Shown piece by piece: positions 15,256-18,137 of a stretch of 18,137 nucleotides of DNA. Made by a program: the position numbers and the translations under genes. The DNA comes from Candidatus Altiarchaeota archaeon (GTDB lineage: Archaea > Altiarchaeota > Altiarchaeia > IMC4 > SCGC-AAA252-I15), in the NCBI GenBank assembly GCA_043800705.1, contig JAZDMS010000002.1:1-18137 (forward strand), read 5' to 3'. The notes under the pieces are model-generated. The model ran no database searches, was not told the DNA's origin, and worked only from the letters and a program-made list of their open reading frames with translations. The stretch's first letter is position 1; each line of letters starts with the position of its first letter.

Positions 15256-16752
15256 TTATTCGGTGGGCTGTATGTTGAACTGGTTGGAGGCCTTCAGCTC
15301 CGACAGGATGAGTTTCGGGTCGCTGTGGTACCTCTGGAAGAACTTAATGACCTTCGAGTTCTCCCTGATGCCTTTTGCCATCATGTATTGGAGTACCTTC
15401 TCCCTGATCAGGAGCTCCGTCGTGAGCCTCTTCTTTGTGATGCCGCACTCGCGGGCGATCTTCTCTGTGAGCAGGATGGGGTATTCGGTCCTCTTTATGA
15501 TGTCGTTGGCTATGTCGTAGGTGTATATTTCCCCGAGCTGGACCAGGTCGCCTTCTATTCCGGACACCTCAGACACCTGGGTTATCCGCCTCATCATCCC
15601 CCTCTTGCGGTCGTATATCCTGTTCATGACGACGATGAGGTTCAGAAGGGGCATCATCCTTAGGGGAACGTTCATTGGGGGTTCCATGAGGCGGATCGTG
15701 GTCTCGCGGGCGTTGTTGGCGTGCAAGGTCCCCATGCTGCCGTCGAGGCCGATGTCCATAGCGACGAAGAGCGTCTCGGCCTCGTTGCCCCTGACCTCTC
15801 CGACGATGACCCTGTCGGGCCTCATACGAAGCGAGTTCTTGAGCAGGTTGGGCATGCTTATGTGGTGTGTCATGTCGACTGTAGTCGCGGACGACGCCTC
15901 CAGTGGCACCCAGTTGTCTATGAAGTCGAAGTTCAGCTCCAGAGTGTCCTCTACAGTTATGACCCGTTCGGTCTTCGGGATGAACATGGCCATGGCGTTC
16001 ATCAGGGTCGTCTTCCCGGAGCCGGCTCCGCCGGCTATTATCAAGTCGATTGGCGAGAGGCCGAATCCTTCGACGCAGACCCAGAGGAACGCGGCAAGCT
16101 CGTATGTGGCGCTCCCCTTCTCGATGAGGTCCAGCATGTTGTACGGGACCCTCTTGAACTTCCTTATCGTGACCGCCGGCCCGTACGGGGCCGCGGGTGA
16201 GATGGCTACGTTGGCCCTTGAGCCGTCCGGCATATGGGCGTCCAGTAGGGGGTTTAACTCGTTGAGCTCCCTTCCGACGTAGTGAGCGAGCCAGTGTATG
16301 AGGTCGTTGACGGCCTCGTAGCGGTCGAAGAGGATGTTCGTGACACACATCCCGTATTTGCGGTGGACCACGAATACGGGCGTGTTTATCCCGTTGACCA
16401 TTATCTCCTCCAATAGCTCGTCCCTCATGAGGGGGCCGAGGCGGCCGTAGCCGAGGAAAAGGTCGTCTATGATTGAGGAAACGATGTATTCGAGGTTTTC
16501 CGGGTTCGTCTTGGTCTCGTCTATCTTGGACCTAATGAAGCTTCGGAGGTAGTCCTCCTTCCCGTTGCTGTTGTGGATCTCGTCGAGTTTGGTTTTGACT
16601 TCCTTATAGTTGCCGATGAGGCCCCTAGCGTCGCTTATTATCCGCTTCTCGACGTCGCTGAGTTCGGGGGATAGGTAGATGTAGTAGGGTATCTGGCCGA
16701 CTTCCCCCTCCATTATCTTCACGTTGCCGTAAGATTCCAGCAGCTCCGGCAT
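15256..16752 (-). CDS. Second type IV pilus/secretion ATPase (CpaF/TadA family)
   Basis: LEEIMVNG, LDAHMPDGSRAN, VTIRKF, Walker A GGAGSGKT, TVEDTLE, LRMRPDRVIVGEVRG, GSMGTLHAN. Confidence 0.95.
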   Translation of the reverse strand: MPELLESYGNVKIMEGEVGQIPYYIYLSPELSDVEKRIISDARGLIGNYKEVKTKLDEIHNSNGKEDYLRSFIRSKIDETKTNPENLEYIVSSIIDDLFLGYGRLGPLMRDELLEEIMVNGINTPVFVVHRKYGMCVTNILFDRYEAVNDLIHWLAHYVGRELNELNPLLDAHMPDGSRANVAISPAAPYGPAVTIRKFKRVPYNMLDLIEKGSATYELAAFLWVCVEGFGLSPIDLIIAGGAGSGKTTLMNAMAMFIPKTERVITVEDTLELNFDFIDNWVPLEASSATTVDMTHHISMPNLLKNSLRMRPDRVIVGEVRGNEAETLFVAMDIGLDGSMGTLHANNARETTIRLMEPPMNVPLRMMPLLNLIVVMNRIYDRKRGMMRRITQVSEVSGIEGDLVQLGEIYTYDIANDIIKRTEYPILLTEKIARECGITKKRLTTELLIREKVLQYMMAKGIRENSKVIKFFQRYHSDPKLILSELKASNQFNIQPTE

Positions 16753-16755
16753 CGG

Positions 16756-16782
16756 TTATGTATTGTTGGCGGAAGATATAAA
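16756..16782 (-). promoter_or_regulatory. Archaeal promoter (TTTATATC plus AATACATAA) for the second ATPase
   Basis: TATA at 16782-16775 and AATACATAA at 16764-16756, 3 nt before the ATG. Confidence 0.6.
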
Positions 16783-16783
16783 G

Positions 16784-17131
16784 CTATCCGGGCTTCGGGG
16801 GCGACAGCATCGTCCTCAGTTCGGCCTGCATCTCGTTCAGTTTTTCGACGAGCTTCTTCTCCTGCTTCTCCAGGACCTTGATCTTGGCGTCGGCCATGTC
16901 GTGCTCGTCTGTGACGTATTTCATCCCCGCGTCCTTGCCGGTTTCGATGAGGATCGGGCCGACCATCCTGTAGACTTTGCCCTGGGTGAGGGATTCCAGC
17001 TCCTTTTTGGCGTTGTCGAGGTCGGTGTTCTGGAGCATGAGCTGCTGCTTCTGCATGGAGAGCATCTGGACCTGGTTCTGCAGCGTCTGGAACTGTGCGA
17101 GCTTGTCCTGAACCTGTTTCGGTACGTCCAT
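16784..17131 (-). CDS. pfdB: Prefoldin beta subunit
   Basis: VPKQVQDKLAQFQTLQNQ, KVYRMVGPILI, coiled-coil arms; conserved position after pcc1. Confidence 0.95.
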   Translation of the reverse strand: MDVPKQVQDKLAQFQTLQNQVQMLSMQKQQLMLQNTDLDNAKKELESLTQGKVYRMVGPILIETGKDAGMKYVTDEHDMADAKIKVLEKQEKKLVEKLNEMQAELRTMLSPPKPG

Positions 17132-17171
17132 GGCTTCAATACATACGAATTAGGGCTATAAAAGCTGGCCC

Positions 17172-17399
17172 CTATTTCGCGAGTTTCAGGCACATGTCGA
17201 GCCATCTGATGTATGTGTTGGCTGCGGCGCGCATGGCGTGTAGGTCTTTGGCTTCTATGCGCAGGATGAGTTCCTTGTCGTATGTGAGGCTGATGTCGGT
17301 GCGTTCGTGTATGTCGGCGTCTATCTCGGGCTTTATGGATTTGAGGACTGCGTCGGCGGCTTCTTTCGGGACTTTGAGGCTGACTGTGAGCTCGTTCAT
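17172..17399 (-). CDS. pcc1: KEOPS complex subunit Pcc1
   Basis: KSIKPE..ERT..LRIEAKDLHAMRAAANTYIRWL; 75 aa from ATG 17399; synteny. Confidence 0.88.
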   Translation of the reverse strand: MNELTVSLKVPKEAADAVLKSIKPEIDADIHERTDISLTYDKELILRIEAKDLHAMRAAANTYIRWLDMCLKLAK

Positions 17400-17425
17400 C
17401 AGAAAAAGAATGGTAAAGCCAGAAT

Positions 17426-17578
17426 TTATCTGGCTATGATCTTCTTCGTCAGCTCTGTGGGCCGCTTCTTGACCCAGATGTTGGATCTCTTCTCCGTGCA
17501 TGAGTTGCACTTCATCTTGCTGCGCATGAGGTCTTCGTACTGGTATTCCGCGCCGCATTCTATGCAGATATAGGTCAT
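17426..17578 (-). CDS. rpo12: DNA-directed RNA polymerase subunit P (Rpo12)
   Basis: MTYICIECG..KCNSC..IWVKKRP zinc ribbon, 50 aa, ATGA overlap with rpl37ae. Confidence 0.85.
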   Translation of the reverse strand: MTYICIECGAEYQYEDLMRSKMKCNSCTEKRSNIWVKKRPTELTKKIIAR

Positions 17579-17832
17579 TGTGCTGGCACCTCCTCTTCTG
17601 CGACGACTCTCCTGACCACCGGCATGTGGGTCCCGCCTGTGAAGGTGTAGGAGCATGTGCGGCATCTCCATATTCCCGCCCCCTCCCGTTTGAGCCCTCC
17701 TTTGCTGCATTTGGGGCAGATTCTCGCGGCCTTGGATTCGATCTCTACCTTCAATGCTTCGTATCGCATCTTTCGGCCTATCCTTGGACCGTACCTTCCG
17801 AGGCTTCCCACCTTCTTTGTGTGACTGTACAT
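17575..17832 (-). CDS. rpl37ae: 50S ribosomal protein L37Ae (eL43)
   Basis: TKKVGSLGRYGPRIGRKMR, CPKC, GIWRCRTC, FTGG. Confidence 0.96.
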   Translation of the reverse strand: MYSHTKKVGSLGRYGPRIGRKMRYEALKVEIESKAARICPKCSKGGLKREGAGIWRCRTCSYTFTGGTHMPVVRRVVAEEEVPAQ

Positions 17833-17853
17833 CGTGCCTATATTGTAGGGTGT

Positions 17854-17871
17854 GGGGGTTTATAAACCCCC
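17854..17871. promoter_or_regulatory. TATA box TTTATAAA inside a perfect 18-bp palindrome upstream of rpl37ae
   Basis: GGGGGTTTATAAACCCCC, 22-39 nt upstream of ATG 17832. Confidence 0.6.
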
Positions 17872-17875
17872 GCAA

Positions 17876-18136
17876 TTATCCCTCTACTATCGCCCTTACG
17901 CCCCTGGCTTTCCTGAACGCCTTGTCGACGCAGGCTTTGGCTTCATCTACGGTGAAGCTGCCTATGCCGCCTTTTTGCATTGCGTTCAATGTGTCTGTCG
18001 TCGTCACCGTCAGCCTCGCGTTTGTCGCGTATTCCTCGTCGATGGTGGCGTCCATGATTATCTTGGAGCCTATCTTCGCGAAGGTGAACGGTATCGGGGT
18101 GCATGTTATCGGCATCTTGCCGGCCCATTCGCCCCT
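17876..18136 (-). CDS. rrp42: Exosome complex component Rrp42, 3' part (5' end outside the window)
   Basis: PIPFTFAKIG..IMDATIDEE..ARLTV..NAMQKGGIGSFT RNase PH C-terminal domain; immediately upstream of rpl37ae as in the archaeal exosome superoperon. Confidence 0.9.
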   Translation of the reverse strand, partial: RGEWAGKMPITCTPIPFTFAKIGSKIIMDATIDEEYATNARLTVTTTDTLNAMQKGGIGSFTVDEAKACVDKAFRKARGVRAIVEG

Positions 18137-18137
18137 G

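Noticed and set aside
2578-16348. Long overlapping ORFs (2578..3501, 3772..4764, 9003..9848, 15521..16282, 15569..16348 and similar)
   Set aside because: Antisense or off-frame shadows of well-supported genes in GC-rich DNA, with Arg/Pro/Gly-biased translations and no motifs.
5371-16752. Archaellum operon
   Set aside because: No recognisable archaellin or ArlC/D/E/F/G; two separate TadB/C genes and QxxxE pilins indicate a pilus.
990-17875. Extended N-termini in the ORF track (990..1865, 11393..12451, 11779..12510, 12306..13772, 17172..17558, 17426..17875)
   Set aside because: They overlap upstream genes. Internal ATGs give proper signal peptides, family-typical lengths and ATGA coupling.

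Overview
Archaeal chromosomal segment, GC-rich in coding regions. Evidence for archaeal origin: archaeal-type TpiA, an rrp42-rpl37ae-rpo12-pcc1-pfdB string, TATA-box promoters and class III signal peptides. A DPANN/Altiarchaeota-like lineage is an inference. Left end: a Xer/integron-like tyrosine recombinase lies just downstream of a 28-bp dif/attI-like site (11-6-11) with two extra half-sites. Centre (about 2.1-16.8 kb): a type IV pilus locus with five class III signal peptide pilins/adhesins, two assembly ATPases, two TadB/C-type platform genes (one broken by a single in-frame TGA) and a GT-C glycosyltransferase. It is interleaved with a candidate signalling set: two single-domain KaiC-like ATPases, a CheF-like protein, a small helical protein, and a membrane protein carrying the same helical domain inside and Cys-rich repeats outside, next to a lipoprotein with the same repeats. 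Right end: distal part of the conserved exosome superoperon. All family calls come from motif recognition by eye; no searches were run.
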